A stretch of DNA of 64,000 nucleotides from Lama guanicoe (GCA_013239625.1 MU054323.1:5941220-6005219); one strand, 5' to 3'. Counted from the stretch's first letter, positions 49,276 through 63,015 are shown. Numbers and translations: made by a program. Notes: a model not told the origin generated them from the letters alone.

Positions 49276-50899
49276 TCAAGGGGGTGGGGCATATGAGAAA
49301 CATGATGAGTTTGAGGCAGAGGATCAACAGGGCCAGGCCTCACAGAGCTTGTGTCCAGATGTGAGGTCCAGAGGGGATGTGGAAAGAGCACTGGCCTCAA
49401 AGCCAAAAACAAGAGCGTTCTTCTTGGCACCACCACTTCCTCCCTTTGTGGCCCTGAGCCAGCCATCTCACCTCAGAGCCTCAGTTTCCCCTATAAAACA
49501 AAGGCCATGCCATGACTGACACAGTTAAAGTGGCTTTCAGAGCGACAGGCAGACTGCAGGCGCTGCTTGCCCTCCCCCCTGCTGTCTCCTTGCAGCTGAG
49601 TGAGGAGGGCTCCACACAACAGAGAGGGGTCCCCAGCTCAGGAGGCTGATGCCAGCAAAGGCTCAGGGGCATAAAGAGTGACACCCATGCAAGCACAGGG
49701 GGTGTCAGCCTCTGTCTCTGACTTCACGGTGAGATTCACCAGGCACTTCCCATAGGTGAGCAGCCCAGGAGGCTGCAAGGTGAGCACGCTGCTCCTGGGG
49801 GCAGGTGATTTTCTGGGCAGCCAGGAAGACTTGGCTTGAGCAGTACTGAGCTGCTTTTATTCTGGCCCCAGAAGTCCGTCCTGATAGTGTCAGGCTGGTA
49901 TCTGACACCAGAATCCCCCAACCTCAGGCAGACACTCCCTCCCTCCCCATCCAAGCCCAGACCTCTGTAGCATCTTTTGTTGAACCCCAGACAGTGGGGA
50001 GTCAGCCCTGCTCTGGGGGCCCACTGCAGGCCAGCCCACTGTCAATGGACTGCCTGTCCGTGCAGACTGGGCTGGGCAGAGCCGAGAACAGATGGTCGTC
50101 TCCCTCCCTCTCCCAGGGGCTGCTGCAGCTGAGATCCAGCCTGCAGACAACTCTCCAACACCCATTCAGTGGCCCTGACTCTCCCCTCCCCAATTGTCCT
50201 TGTGATGCCCACTCCCTTGCCCTCAGTAGACCCTGGGACTGAGCCCAGTGCAGCTGGGGTCTGCACAGATGTGACTGGGGACAAATGATGTGACTGACGG
50301 CTGTAAGTAGGGTTTCCACCCAGGCAGCCAATGGGGAATGGCAGTGCTGAGTGTTTTCAGAACTCAGTGTGTGACCAGGCACATGGGGCCGTGCAGAACA
50401 AGGGCTGGAGGGGAGCGGGGCCAAAGTGTGAGGAGCAGAGTAACCCAGCATTATCAAGACAGCTTCCTTTTGGAGACAAGAACTGAGCTGGAGAAGGACT
50501 GAATCAGCTTTCATGAGATGTTAGGGTTGACCGTTCCTGTTGTCTTGGAGCCTCCGATGAGGCTGAAAGGTGCTCAGGACCCCCACAATAAAACAGAAGC
50601 TGGGTAGGACCCCTCTCCTACCTCCCACAGCCCAAAAGTTAGAAAAGCCTTGTGATGACTACAAGGACCATCCTTCCCGAGAAGAGCGCTGTCTGAGGAA
50701 GGAGTGCGGGGTGTCTCCCCCCACTTCTGGGGACATGCCCCCACCCGCCATCAACTCAAGACTTCCCTCCGTGGGACCTGGTGCCCTCTGAGACCAGAGC
50801 ATTTGGGAAGATGTGACCAGGCACCAGCACTGTACCTGACTCTGCATGACCGGAGGTGGCCAGTCACCATGACACTTCTAGAGTGGACACTGCATGAGG

Positions 50900-51652
50900 G
50901 AGTCAGACTTGAGCTGTGGACAGCCTGGCAGCACGTGAGCTGTCAGAGCTCTGCAGGGAGCACCTGAGCACAGCCTGACCATTCGGCAGCTCCAGCAAAG
51001 AACCCCAGTGGTGTCCACTGGATCTCTGCCACCCGGAGGCCACTGCCCCAGACTTGCTGCGTTCTGGTCACACCTTGCCTCTGTCCTCTCAGCCTCCCTC
51101 TGGCCACTCTGAGGAAGCCAGAAGCAGCAGTTAGTGAGTGGGAAGGAGGCAGCACTTGGAGTGTCACATGTCCCCCCTCCCCCCGATTATGGGATTCTGA
51201 GCCTGAGTCAACAGGGGCTGGGCTGAGGGGAGAAGCTTTGAACTGGATATGAGATCAAAATTCCAATAAAAGATTGGACTTGGCTATGGAGAAGCCGAGG
51301 ATGAGACTGTTTTTAGAGTGGACCTTGCCAATGACTCAGCTGTGTGACCACGTAGGTTACTTAAACGTGTAAGTTACTTGAACTTCTCCGTGTTTCAGTT
51401 TCTACAAGCACCCTCCTCCTAGGTTTGTTCTGAGGATTAAGAGAGCTGACGCGTGGGCAGCCCTCAGTGCGGTGCCAGGCACGCAGTAAATGCTCAGTGC
51501 GTCAGCGCTCGGTAGTAGAAGTAGTACCCGAGTGACACCCAGAAAGCTGTTTGGGTCCAACAGGGTAGGTTTGAAGGGAAGTAGTGGGAGAAAAAGAAAT
51601 CTGTTTGCTACTAATATCCCACTGAGTTCAGTCTATTTAATAAACCTGTTAC
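50900..51652 (+). mobile_element. Probable ancient Gypsy-type LTR (MamGypLTR-like), interrupted by MIR; 5' boundary uncertain
   Basis: ggggagaagctttgaactggatatgagat... and terminal tgagttcagtctatttaataaacctgttaca (AATAAA just before a ...TTACA end) resemble my recollection of MamGypLTR consensus ends. Confidence 0.5.
51312..51522 (+). mobile_element. MIR
   Basis: agctgtgtgacc...aagttacttgaacttctccgtgtttcagtttc...tgaggattaagagag...ggtgccaggcacgcagtaaatgctcagt. Confidence 0.85.
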
Positions 51653-52154
51653 ATGACTATCATTTCATAGGATCTGTAATAAAAAGAGAGCAGTGCTGAG
51701 TACAGGGTGAGGCCCAGAGCAGCTGTGGTTGCCATCTGAGTGGTCCAGGAAGGCTTCCAGAAAGAGGTGGCACAGGGTAAGGCCTCAAGCCGTGCAGAGG
51801 TGGAGATACCCCAATGGGAGAAGAAAGTGATCTGAGGACCTTTGTACCTGTCACATCCTTGTCATTCACATCCCAGTCCGTGGGACAGTTCAGCCCAGTA
51901 AATATTACTGGGCCCATACACTCTGCCCAGCCTAGAGCAAGCTTTGGGATGGTGAGATGAGGAGAAGGCAGGCTCTGAGCTCAGGGAACTGCCAGCCTTC
52001 TGGGCTGGAGAGACAAAAGTCATAGTGTGCCAAGTGACTGTGGCTGACGGTGAGGGAGGGATTCAGGGGCGCTGCAGTGTTCAGAGGAGGAGGGCTCAGC
52101 TCAGCCCCGGCACTCCATAGACACACGCACATGAACACACACACGCACACACGC

Positions 52155-52545
52155 CCACCCTTCCCTCACTGTCTCTTTCCCAAAATCCTTTCTCCTTCTG
52201 GGCATATGATAGGGTGGCACTCCTGCACCCCCTTGAAGTTAGGCACGGCCACGTGGCTTGCTTTGGCCAATGACCTGAGAGCAGAGAGGACACAGGTCCC
52301 TTCTAAGGGACAGCTTTAAGAGCCAGTGTGTTGATTCCTCAAACCCTCTTTCCCTTTGTCCCCGTGGCCAGCAGAGTGCAGCTGCAGGGCACTCTGTCAG
52401 CCTGAGTCCTAAAGAAGGATGACCTGGAGCAGGGCTCCCAGGTGACCAGTGGTGAGCAGGCAGCAAGAGCAAAGAGCACACGATGTAGTTTGAGCTGCGA
52501 GACTGGGGGCTGCTTATTGTCACAGTGTAACTCAGCTATCCAGGT
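52155..52545 (+). mobile_element. MLT1I-like solo LTR
   Basis: cccccttgaagttaggcacggccacgtggcttgctttggccaatgacctgagagcag...agctttaagagccagtgtg...ctctgtcagcctgagtcct...gggctgcttattgtcacagtgtaac. Confidence 0.8.
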
Positions 52546-53719
52546 GGCAGCAATCATCATTTTTTAAGAGTAAAAACTAGCCCTGAGAGCAGCCTCTCTG
52601 AGCCACGTGGCCCTTCCTTTGTTGGAGCCCCAGTGTTCGGTGCCTCGGGTAACAAATGTTGAGGGGAGTGGCTGACTCCAGAGTGGCTCTGAGAGTCCAT
52701 CATTATAAGGATACAGTCTGCAGGGACCTGAGGGGTAGGGAACAGCCAGCAGGCAACCTACATTCATCAGCTTCCCTACCCTTAGCCCTGGGGGTCATGG
52801 TGAAGGTCAAACCAGAGTTAGACGCAGGACAAACCCAGGACAGGGGGACCCCAGAGGGCACATGGTGGTCCTTGCTGCTGGTGGGCAGGAGGCCAGCAGC
52901 CCCAGGCTGCCCGACGGGGTGGAAGTGGCAGCCTAGAAGCCAAGGGTCCCTGCTTGGTTGATCTAAAAATAAACAGAAAGGCAACAAAAAATCTATGTTT
53001 CAATTACTGCACACAAGCTGTTCAAACAGCCAGCTCTGCACTGGAGATGTGAACTTGTCAACAGAGGCTGCCTCGTTTGCATGCTTGGATGGTGATAAAA
53101 CACACAACCTCACAACAGGCTGCCCTCTGGTCTGGGTGTTTTGGGTTTTTTTTTTTTTAATTAAATTAAATTAAAAGTACAGACCTAGAATAAAGATAGT
53201 GAAAATCTGAAGCAAGTAGATCAAGATAGGGCAGCAGCTCCCAAAATGAAGGTGGAGGAGGCTCTGAGGTCTGAGACAAGCCAGGCCCCTGGTAGAGAGG
53301 TCAGCAAGAGAGTGGCCAAAACAAGGGGTCGGTGGCCAGGACCAGGGCACAATTCTCTCCCAAGTGACCCAAAACAGTCCTCCCCTCTCCTGCTGATCGT
53401 GGAGGAAACCCCAGTGAGCATTGTGGACCCTCGTCTCCTAAAGCTAAAGGGAAGGCTTTTTAAGGGCCTCTGTGTTGGGGAGGGGTGTTGTAGTCCACGT
53501 ATGGGGTAAGCTCAGCAGGCCGGATTCACGGCAGGCAAAGCTGCGACTTCCATCCTTGGGCACGCTACATTTATTTCCTCTCCCACGTGCCCGCCCTCAC
53601 GGTGTCCTAGCTCCAGTACAGTCTGTTCCCTGGAATGAATGACACCCCAGGAAGCTGCCTGCCCTGGGCTCCAGGGCCACCCTGACCTGCCCTGACCAGG
53701 CACTCCCGCCCTTGAGCCA

Positions 53720-53885
53720 GGCACGTTTGTACTTTTCTGTATCCCTACTGTGTGCTTTCCTCTTGACCAGCCCTACTTTTCCCCAAAGCAGGAGCCTTGC
53801 CCCATCCTTGCCTGCGCTCAGGAGCTTGCACAGAGCCAGGCCTAACAGGGCAAGAGGTGGTCAGTAAATGTGCTATGATTTGACA
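53720..53885 (+). mobile_element. L2 3' end
   Basis: aaagcaggagccttg...gcacagagccagg...ggtcagtaaatgtgctatgatttga. Confidence 0.5.
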
Positions 53886-55404
53886 AGGAAAAGGCAGAAC
53901 AGGGATTAATCAAGGGCATGTCTACAGGGTTGCTTGGGAGGGAAAAGGGGGCACAGAGTCCTGTCTCATGGAGGAGGAGCCCCAGAAAAGGAAGCCAGCT
54001 ACTTCCTGATTCCTTGGCGAGGGATGCTGGGTAAGCAGGAGCCCCCAGAGATGGAAACAGGAGAGCAGCGTGCTCACACCAGCGGCGGTGAAGGTTGCAC
54101 AAATCCTGCTGCTGAAGTGGCTGTGGGTTCTGCATTCACTCTGGACAGGGATTTTAATGTCCCCAGCCCTCGGAGCAATTCTGCAGCCATCAGCCTAGAC
54201 GCTATTTACTCGGTGAAGTAAAAAAGCAGTCGAGTCTCTCCCAAGGAAGATAATATCCTGTCACAGGCAGTATGATCTGCCGGCCATGTGACAGCCGTTC
54301 CCTAATGTTTCCAAATAGACTTTTGAATCGACTCTTGTCTAGAAGAAAGCAAATTGCAGGAGAATTTTGGCAGCTAAATAGAGAGCATGTATTCGTCTTT
54401 CTTTGCAACTCTTGCTGCTGGGTCTGGCTCCAGGCACCGAGTGGGATTCATCCATCAACTTGGGTCGTTGATGAACACCATTTGCTGCGAAGAGGGATCT
54501 CGTTGAATTAGTCAGTTCTGCAAGACTCGGAATAATCAGGCGTGCCGGAGGCGGCCTGCGAGAGAGACGGAGGCCTGCTTGGAGAAGGGAGGTAACTGCA
54601 AAGTCTAGCTCCCAATTCTGCCATCATGTGTTTGCAGGACAGTGGGAAAGAAGGCTGAGTGTTTGCATTCTCCACGGAGCCACCAAGAACTAAGAGTCAG
54701 AAGGAGCAAAGATGGTTATTCGTCCTGATGACTCCGAATAATTGTCCTCAGTGCCGTCAAACCAAACCCCTCCGTCATACCTGCCTCATCCATCCTGATG
54801 TTTATGAGCCCCTAATTTAGACACGCCTCCCTTCTTCGCTCAGTTTATGCTGCCAGTTGTCATTTCCAATATCTTTTTTATATTTCATTATCACCATTAT
54901 AATGATTTACACCAGTAGCAATAGCACAAATGCCTAGTCAATTAGTCCCATGAGAAAAGTCTCTGACTCATATATGCCTTTTAGGGAAAAAAAAAAATCA
55001 CTACATCAAAACCCACAGCCAGAATGTCTCAGAGCAGAGGTGTACATGGGAAGGGAGAGGAAGGGAGGCTTGTTCTTTTAATATTGTTCCTCTAACACAG
55101 GTGCTGGATACCACCTTTCTGAGGCAGGGAGATTGCTTTTTGCGTAAGAAATTGTGCCCAGGAAAGGAATCGGTGGCATTTTTCTGGAAACCTATCATCA
55201 GAAAAGCATTTTGCAACATTTGTCTTTTTAGGTCATGTATTAAGCCCTGTAATTACGGACTGTGGCTTTTCTCCAAAACACCTGTGCCCCCCAGGGCCAT
55301 CTGAGGACCACAGTGCAGCAGCAGGCGCTGCCGGAGCATCAGAATGCCTGGGTCCTAGGGCCGATTCTGGTCCTGCTAGCGGGCAGTTATTAGGCTGGCA
55401 TGTC

Positions 55405-55545
55405 TCAGGCTCTACCTGCATTCAAGTCCTCCTGGGGGGTCTTGTGAAAAACGCAGATTCTGACTCAGTAGTGCTTCGGCGGGTCCTGGAATTTGCATTC
55501 CAACAAGCCTCCAGGTGGCACCCATGCTGCAGAAAGGCTGCACTT
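55405..55545. mobile_element. MER5A
   Basis: cctggggggtcttgtgaaaaacgcagattctgactcagtag...gaatttgcattccaacaagcctccaggtg. Confidence 0.8.
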
Positions 55546-58500
55546 GGGTAGGGGGCGCTTAGGCTACTGGCCCAGCCCCTATCTTCATCCTTTCCTCTCC
55601 GTTGTCCCCAATGCCAGCACATCTCTGCCTACACCACTGGGATGTTATAAGAAGGAAATGATGCGGTGTTTCTGAAGAGCCTTGTGAAGGGTAAGCACTG
55701 TGGCCCCAGAAGGCCATGCTATTGTTGCCATGACCGCTGCTGGTCCTTAAATGCAGGACCCTCCCCCCTCCCCTGAGCCAGTCCACCCACTGGTCCAGGG
55801 TCTGCTGGATTGTGTCTCCCCCAAAGCTTTGGATGAGCCAAAACTTAGGAAATATACGCAGGTTTAGCTGGCAGTGGAGAAAGCAGGTTCCCTGTCTCCC
55901 TTTAAAGATAAAGATGACACCCTAAAGCCATCTGTTACAGAGATTGATGCCACCTGGGGAGCGGAAGCAGAGGTCAGACTTCACTGCCCTGGTTTCTGAT
56001 CTGGGCGGTCACATCCCTGACTTCCCTCTCCCCCAAGCCTGCAGGGCCTGGTAGAGGCTGCTTGGTTGGGTTGAGAACCTGGAGCTGCAGCAGGTCTTGG
56101 TGGAAGCTGCCAGCAGCTAAGTAGTGGGGCTAGGACGAGCGACCCCAGCCCGGCACACGGGCCCTGCTGAGTGAGTTACCGGTAATGGTTGGGCCTGAAG
56201 GATATTCACAGGAGGACGGTGGTCTGCCCTGACTGGACAAGGTGAGATGGAAGGGGAGAGCTCTTTCAGAGCAGGCATGAAATGTGACAGCAATGGCTGT
56301 GTCCAGTTCACTGGGGTATTTAAGGAAAGGGACTAACAATGAAACCGCACCTCAGGTCACTCTGCCGGCATTAGCCTGTGAATGTTCCAGAGCTTCCATG
56401 GCTTCTGAGCTGGTCCAAAGGATTTGAAATGGGGCCCCAGGTCTAGGCTGGCACCTACACCTGGCCCCACTACCCACACATTTTGTATCCACTTCAGATG
56501 CTGAGCACCAGCTCCTCCCTGAGGAATACCTTCCCCCAGGAGCAGGGCCTGGACTGGTGAGGCGGACCAGGAAATCTGTTAGGAGACCTTGCCTTCAGGG
56601 CTGGACCCCGGGGTGGGTTCGGGGAGGCCTTGCATTTTTCACCCTGGGCACCTCTCTTGCCTCATGATGTGTCCTGAGCTGGAAAGGGCTTGCCACTTTG
56701 ATCTGGGAGTGTTTCCTGAGTCCTGTGCCTGGTGCCTAGCCTGTGCCCAGTCAGAGAGTGGTCCTGTCTGGAGGGAGCGCATTCTTACAGGAGTGGCTCT
56801 CCCATAGTGGGGTGGAACGTGCCAGCCCATCGCTGGATGGTCAGCCTACCTCTCGGAGAAGAGCGGGTTGCTCAGAGCAGTCCTCCTACCGGAGGGGCTG
56901 GAGCAGCCTGCCCCCCAGCCTCAGCCAGCAGTGAGCCTTCTGAGTCAGTAAGGTCTCTGTGGGGCCGGGGATTGATGGGAGCAGAGGCAGCCCCAGGAAC
57001 CAGGGAGGCATTTCTGCGGGGCATCCCTGGCTCCTGCTAACATCTGTGCCAAGCCAGGGCCAAGCTAGCTTCTCCAGAAGCGCCCGGAGAATTCCTTTGT
57101 GTTGCATTTGCCAAGATGGTGTCCCGGCTGCTCTTTATTATTTTGCTCCAGAAGAAAGACTAAAAGATGCAGAGAGGGAAATGAAAATAAGAAAGATGGG
57201 CATGGACTGTTCCAACCGACTTGGCAGCATGTCTCCCCCGAACAAGGGAATCATACATTTTCCAAGCGGCCGCGGTTCCCTCCTCAGCCCCCTGTCTGGA
57301 GGCAGCGCAGCTCCCCCACCGTCCTGTGGATTAATCACGCCTCCGGGCCCTCGCAGCCGGCGCCCACTCCTCCGAATGCCTTAATGATAGGAATGAGGGA
57401 AGGGTCATTAGCCACCTGTGATCCTGGGGACAGCACATGCACTCGGGGCTTGTCAATAGTGGGGGACACGGAGCGTGTCCCAGGACACCAGGCGCCACCA
57501 TCCTGAGGCAAGTTTGGGGTTGCCCAGCGTGCCAGACTGTGAGCTCCTGGACAGTGGGCCCTGTGCCCCAGCCGCACGTGGACAACACTAAGGAAAGGAC
57601 TGTCACATTCGCAATGCTTGATTGCTTACTCATGAGTTATTCATGCTGAGGCAAGTTCATGAGGCAGGGCTGCTCATCTGGTGTCCAGCAAGTGTATGTG
57701 CGACTGAGGTACAGAGGCACAGCCTGGTGTCTGCTCACTCCCCTTCTCCAGGTCTGGACAGCTCCCCTGAGCTGCAGGAAGGGTCCCATCCATCAGGGAA
57801 GGCCCTGGGTGATAGGAGATCGCCTAGGTCATGGGTGTTCAGCAAAGATGGCCTGCCTTCCACCCCACTGTGTTGTATCCCGGTGGCCCCAGGTGACAGA
57901 GCACCCTGCAGGGTTCCAGCCACCTAGCACAGCGGGTCTCAGGGAGTCCGTGAGACACCAGGCCCACACAGCTTAGTAGTTCACAGCCTCCTTCGTTCTC
58001 ACCCGGAAACCTGCCCAGTTCCTTTTGGCCTTGGGGTTATGGGCTCATGCTTTTCCTCCCTGTAACTTTCAGATCTGAACTCTGTGCACAGAGGGCTGCC
58101 AGGACTTACTGTCTGGTCCTCACAGTGGCCCTGGGGACAGGCAGAGCTGTCCATCTGCACTTTCTAGATGAATAACCAGAGGCTTCCCTGAGTTCCCGGG
58201 GCTAGTAAGGGGTAGTGCTGGGGTTCAAACTCAACCCTCTTGACTCCCCACCTGGCCCTCTTTCTACTGCCCAGGGGCCTCAGGTTGAGTCCTGGAGTGG
58301 TCACCAAGGACTCGGAGCTGACAGAGCAGAGGGGACAGGCCCAGCACTCAGACTCAGGGAGGCAGTTGGGTACAGCTTCACCAAACAGAGCAAGGAGTGT
58401 GGGCCCCTTTGCAGAGAGGCCCTGGAACCCAGCCACTCAATGGCCAGCCTGCGTGGCAGGGCCAGGGAGGTGCCGAACACCTGGGGCCTGCCCGGCTCTT

Positions 58501-59813
58501 GGGGTCTGACTTGAGCACAGCATGAAAGGGTCCAGCTCTGTGAGGGTTCTCCAGGGTCTGAACTAGACCTTGAACTAGGCAGTGACTGGGCCGGAGCCCA
58601 TATTGCCCAGTGGGGCGGGACTCCTAGGGCAGGCTCAGTCGTACCAGCCTATTTCCTATACTCCCAAGTAGAGACGTAAATTTTCCACTATTACAGTTAA
58701 CTAACCACGTTATAGAAAATGTGAAGATAAGATAAACATCACCTAAAACTTTGGATCAAATTTTAAGCAGCTTCTCTCCTAAGCAGGGAGTTAGTCCTTT
58801 TCAGAGGCTGCAGGAAAACTGAGACGAGGGAGGTGGGGTGCCCAGTGGAGGCCCCGGGCGTGCTTTCTGTCTGGGCACCAGGAGCCGAGAGGAGAGCGGC
58901 AGGGAGGTGGGTTCTGGGGACAGGCAGTGGGTGGCGGTGCGGGGTAGGAGCCGGAAGTCAGGGGCTGCGCAGCCTTGTCATTTGTCTTTTATTCCAGTTA
59001 GCCACCCGGACGTCTCCTCCAAGGGAGCTGAGAGAGCCTGGGGACAGGGTGGTCCCTCCGCAGCCTGGAGCCCTAGTGGTGCTTGCGGGAGGAAGACTTG
59101 CCCCAGCGCCCTGTAGGCAGGGAAGCCAACTTCTGTTCACTCCTGAGGGAAGGGGAGCCCACGGGTGAAGTGCGTGTGTGGAGGCCCCGGGCCAGGGCCC
59201 CGCCCGGGAGCATGCAGCCTTTGTGGTGAGCAGGTGAGCCATCACGGGGGCCTGCATCTCATCCCTCAGGAGTGGGGGCCCGCAGGACAGACCCTTCACT
59301 CTCCACTGGAGAGGAGACCTGGAAAAGGCAGAAGGCCTTCCTCACAGCCGACGGGATGCTACTGGGCACACCAGGGTGGCCTCGGTCGCTTCTGAGGGAT
59401 CATCTCGGACAAGAGGTAGTCAGGCTTGACGGGCATGATTCTCCCCAGAGCTGGTCAGTGTGGCCCTGCTGCATTTCTGGGGTGCTGGGGGACCCTGTCC
59501 TTAGATCCCAGGGGTGTGCCTGCGTATGTTGAGGCTCTGCCTTTGTGGCTCTGAATGGGGAGATGGGGACGGAATGGGAGTTGGTGTGCAGGACCAATGG
59601 TTGTACATTCAGAGCAGCACTGTGGCCCATCAGGAGCATCCCAGAGTGACGTGCTCAGCCCCCATTCATCATGTCTGCTGTGATTCTGTAAGCAGAGCTT
59701 CCACTCCCCTCACTCTTCCCTGGGAGAGGAGAGGTGTGTGCAGAAAGAAGGGACTGGGAACCAGTGCCGGGGCTGGCCTCCTCAGTGGTGCACCGGGCCC
59801 AGGCTCAGCTTCT

Positions 59814-59847
59814 CTGAGTCTGAGTCTGAGTCTGGGTCTGACTCTGA
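59814..59847. repeat. Degenerate (CTGAGT)n hexamer repeat
   Basis: ctgagtctgagtctgagtctgggtctgactctga. Confidence 0.85.
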
Positions 59848-61179
59848 AAAGTGGAAAGCTGGATGTCTGCACCTGGGACCACCATGTGAGAGGCTGGAGC
59901 GGTATGCATTTTATGAACCGGGAGGTTCCATGCAAGTGTGAGATTTCAGACAAGCGAAAATGGGGCCCTGCCCACCCCAGGGAAGGGCCAGGTCACCTTT
60001 CCCTCCTCTCTGCCAGCCCAGCCTCCTGGGACAGTGCAGAGGACAGCACTCATGGTGGAGAAACAGCTTTGCCACGTAGAATCCCAGAAGCCAGAAGCAA
60101 ATCTCTCACATAAAACTCCCGCCTCTGGGAGACTTTTCAGATTTAATCCAGGACTTGCACCAAAACGTCTCTGCCTTGGACCTTGGCCTGACCTGCCTCC
60201 ACCCACAAGTATAAGATTTTCTAGACCCTCGAGCTTTTTCCTCACACATGTACGTATATTTTTAAAGGTGCTGGCAACACACGACCCCCACCAGGCGTGG
60301 GCCCTGGGTCCTCATAAGCAGCCACCCACACTCAGGAATGGCACTGTGAGACCCCCTCCTCTCTCAGTGATGGCCCCATGCCAGGCTCTGCCAGTTCACA
60401 GGCAGCCCGCCAGGAAAAGGTGCGCCCCTGCACAAGGAGGCATTTTACACGTTGTGTCGGATTGCTTGACCCGTCTCATCTGAGGTGCCTGGTGCGTTGG
60501 GGGCCTCCTCCGGCCCCAGCGAGCGCTCCCTGCTGCCGCCCCCACAACCGTCCTGGGTGCACGTGTGGGCGGACGGGGCCTTTTGACACGCTGGCTGCAG
60601 CCCAGCAGGAAATACTGAAGTTGCCACCTCTGGCGCTGGCAGTCTGCCGTCTCACCAGGGTACGCTGGGCAGCACGCTCCTTTCATTCCGTCTGAAAGGG
60701 AAAATTAAATTGAGGAATGAAGTCGAACCCAAACCTGGCATGCAAATAGTTGACCTTTGTTTTGAAAACCTTTAAAGCGGCTGAGACCAGATTGTGTGGC
60801 CTCCAGCTGCCTGAGTCACCACCTCCTCTCTGGCGTTTTCGGGAGACCTGAAGAGACAGACGGGGAGGGGAGGGGACAGCCGGAGGCGCAGCTGTGGGGC
60901 TGTGAGGACGAGGGAGCCAGTGTGGTCCATCGGCGCTCCTGGAGCCAGCGAGCTGAGAGGTTTGATCGGCATCAGAGGTATCGCTGGGGCCAGAGGCCCC
61001 TTTGACCTGAGCCCAAGCCCGCTCTGCCACCTCCGGGCACATTCAGGGGCGCAGGATTGCTGGGCACCCGAGTGCCAGCCCCTCACCCCACCTCTCCACC
61101 ATCACCAGCTGGGAGGAGAGGATTCCCTGACAGTAATGTGAGGTTGTGCTGTTTTGTAGGAATGAAGGGCTGATTTAGC

Positions 61180-61555
61180 GTATCAATCAGGCTAGGCTAG
61201 ACGTAGGTAACAAATAAACTGCCAATCTCAGTGCCTTAACATGATAAAGATTTATGTCCCAATCGTGCCAAGTCCAACGCTAGGGGTGGGGAGCAACCGT
61301 CTTCCATCAGATAGCTGCACAAGCTGAGAGACATGGCCTCCGGGGTTGCCAAAGTGAGACGAGGGAACTACAGGGTTGTAAAAGATGTTTTTAAAGGACC
61401 AGCTCTGAAAGTGGTCTTCATCAGCTCCCCATTCATTCTGTCTGCCTGGATTCCGGTGCATGATCCCAACCTAACTGCAAGGGAGGCTGCAGGGGTCTTC
61501 CTGGGTATGCAGAGAGAGGATGCGGTGTGGTGAATTTGGAGCATCATCTCTGCTC
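61180..61555 (-). mobile_element. MLT1I/J-like solo LTR
   Basis: tatcaatcaggctaggctag...ggtaacaaataaactgccaatctcagtgccttaaca...cccaacctaactgcaagggaggctgc. Confidence 0.75.
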
Positions 61556-61837
61556 CAGGGTACTGGTAATCAGCAGGAGCCCTGCCTGGGCAGGTGGATC
61601 TCGGGCGACAGGAACCTAAGCTGTGGGGTCTAGCTGCCCCTGGATACGCAGATTCTCCTTACAGAGCCGTCCTTGGAGACTCCAGTCCTGATTTCCTGGG
61701 AAGGCAGGACATTTCCTGACTCTGGTGCCTACACAGAATTTCCAGCTGGAAGCCTCAAGGTTTTTGTGTCTGAAGTTCTCCCTTCACATAAATATTTGTC
61801 CCTTCCTGAAACATTATGCAATTAAGAAGAAATGAAT

Positions 61838-63015
61838 GTTTGTTTATTCATTCAGCAAATGTGTCTTGAACACCCTTCTATGGTAGAAGGGCTAGGTGCT
61901 GGGATTACAGACAATGAGCCTGGAGCCTAGTCTCAAGGTAGCAAACATACAACAGCCATTCATCGTTATTGGGATGATGGTGTGCATGGAAGTTCAGGGG
62001 GACGGTCAGTGCAACCCCTGAGAAGAGTCGGTGCCTGAGCTGAGTCATAACAGACACACAGGACTTAGCCAGAGGAGGGGGGAGACAGTTCTGCCAAAGA
62101 AGGAGCATGGGCTGGGCTTATCCCAGAGCCGAGAGAGGACACCGATGCCTTCAGAAACTGTCCTCTGGGCCACCCTTAGGATTCCGGACCATATTTCTGA
62201 TGAATAGGATTTAAAGCAGAAGAGGAAAGGATGGTGACCAGATTTGTGCTTTAAAAAGCCATATGGGCAGTTGGTGAAGGATGGATTAGAAGGGTGAGGC
62301 TGGGAACAGAGGACTGGTTGAGATAACCCATGAAGGAGACATGATTTGGAGTGGATGTGCAGATGGAAGTGGGGGCAGGTTTGAGAAACAACTAGAGCAG
62401 TGACTCAAAGACCCCCCTGTGGGCCATGGGGCTGGATTGAGGACATGCGGGTGGCATTCTCTGAGAGAGGGAGTTCCTGAGAATGCGCTGGAGCAAAAGA
62501 GCAATGGTTAGTTTAGGGACATATAATATTTAGGTACTTTTCAGGCAGTAGGATGGTGGGCGTGGCGTTGAGGAAGGGGGAACTGGAAATGGAGCCTCGG
62601 GAGTCATCACTAAAGAGGTGGAGCTGAATGAGGTCGTCCAGGGAGAGCGTGTGGGGTGAGAAAAGAAGAGGAGGAAAGAGGGGCTCTCAAGGATGAGCCA
62701 AGAAAGATCATCTTGCAAAGCAGACTGAGATGGTGTAGCAGAGAGAGGTTGAAAAGTGAAAGCGTGATGTCACAGAAACCGAGGGAGGAGCTTTCCAGAG
62801 TGAACTCAACCAAACCAAGTCGGGGGAAGTCAGGGTAGGCTCGGGAGTAAATGTCCCACTGGCTTGAGCAAGCAGATCGTTCTTGACCTCCGTGAGAGTG
62901 ACCCCTGAGGGCTGGCTGGAGTGAGAGCCACAGGGGAGCGGGTTACCACGTGAGCAGGAGGAGGGACAGTGACCAGAGGCAAGCGGGGACAATTCTCCCA
63001 AGAACTTCAGTTGGA
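61838..63015 (-). mobile_element. L2 (about 1.2 kb, decayed)
   Basis: ttattcattcagcaaatgtgtcttgaacacc tail; gtgaccagatttgtgcttt; gtgatgtcacagaaaccgagggaggagctttccag; gatcgttcttgacctccgtgagag. Confidence 0.8.
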
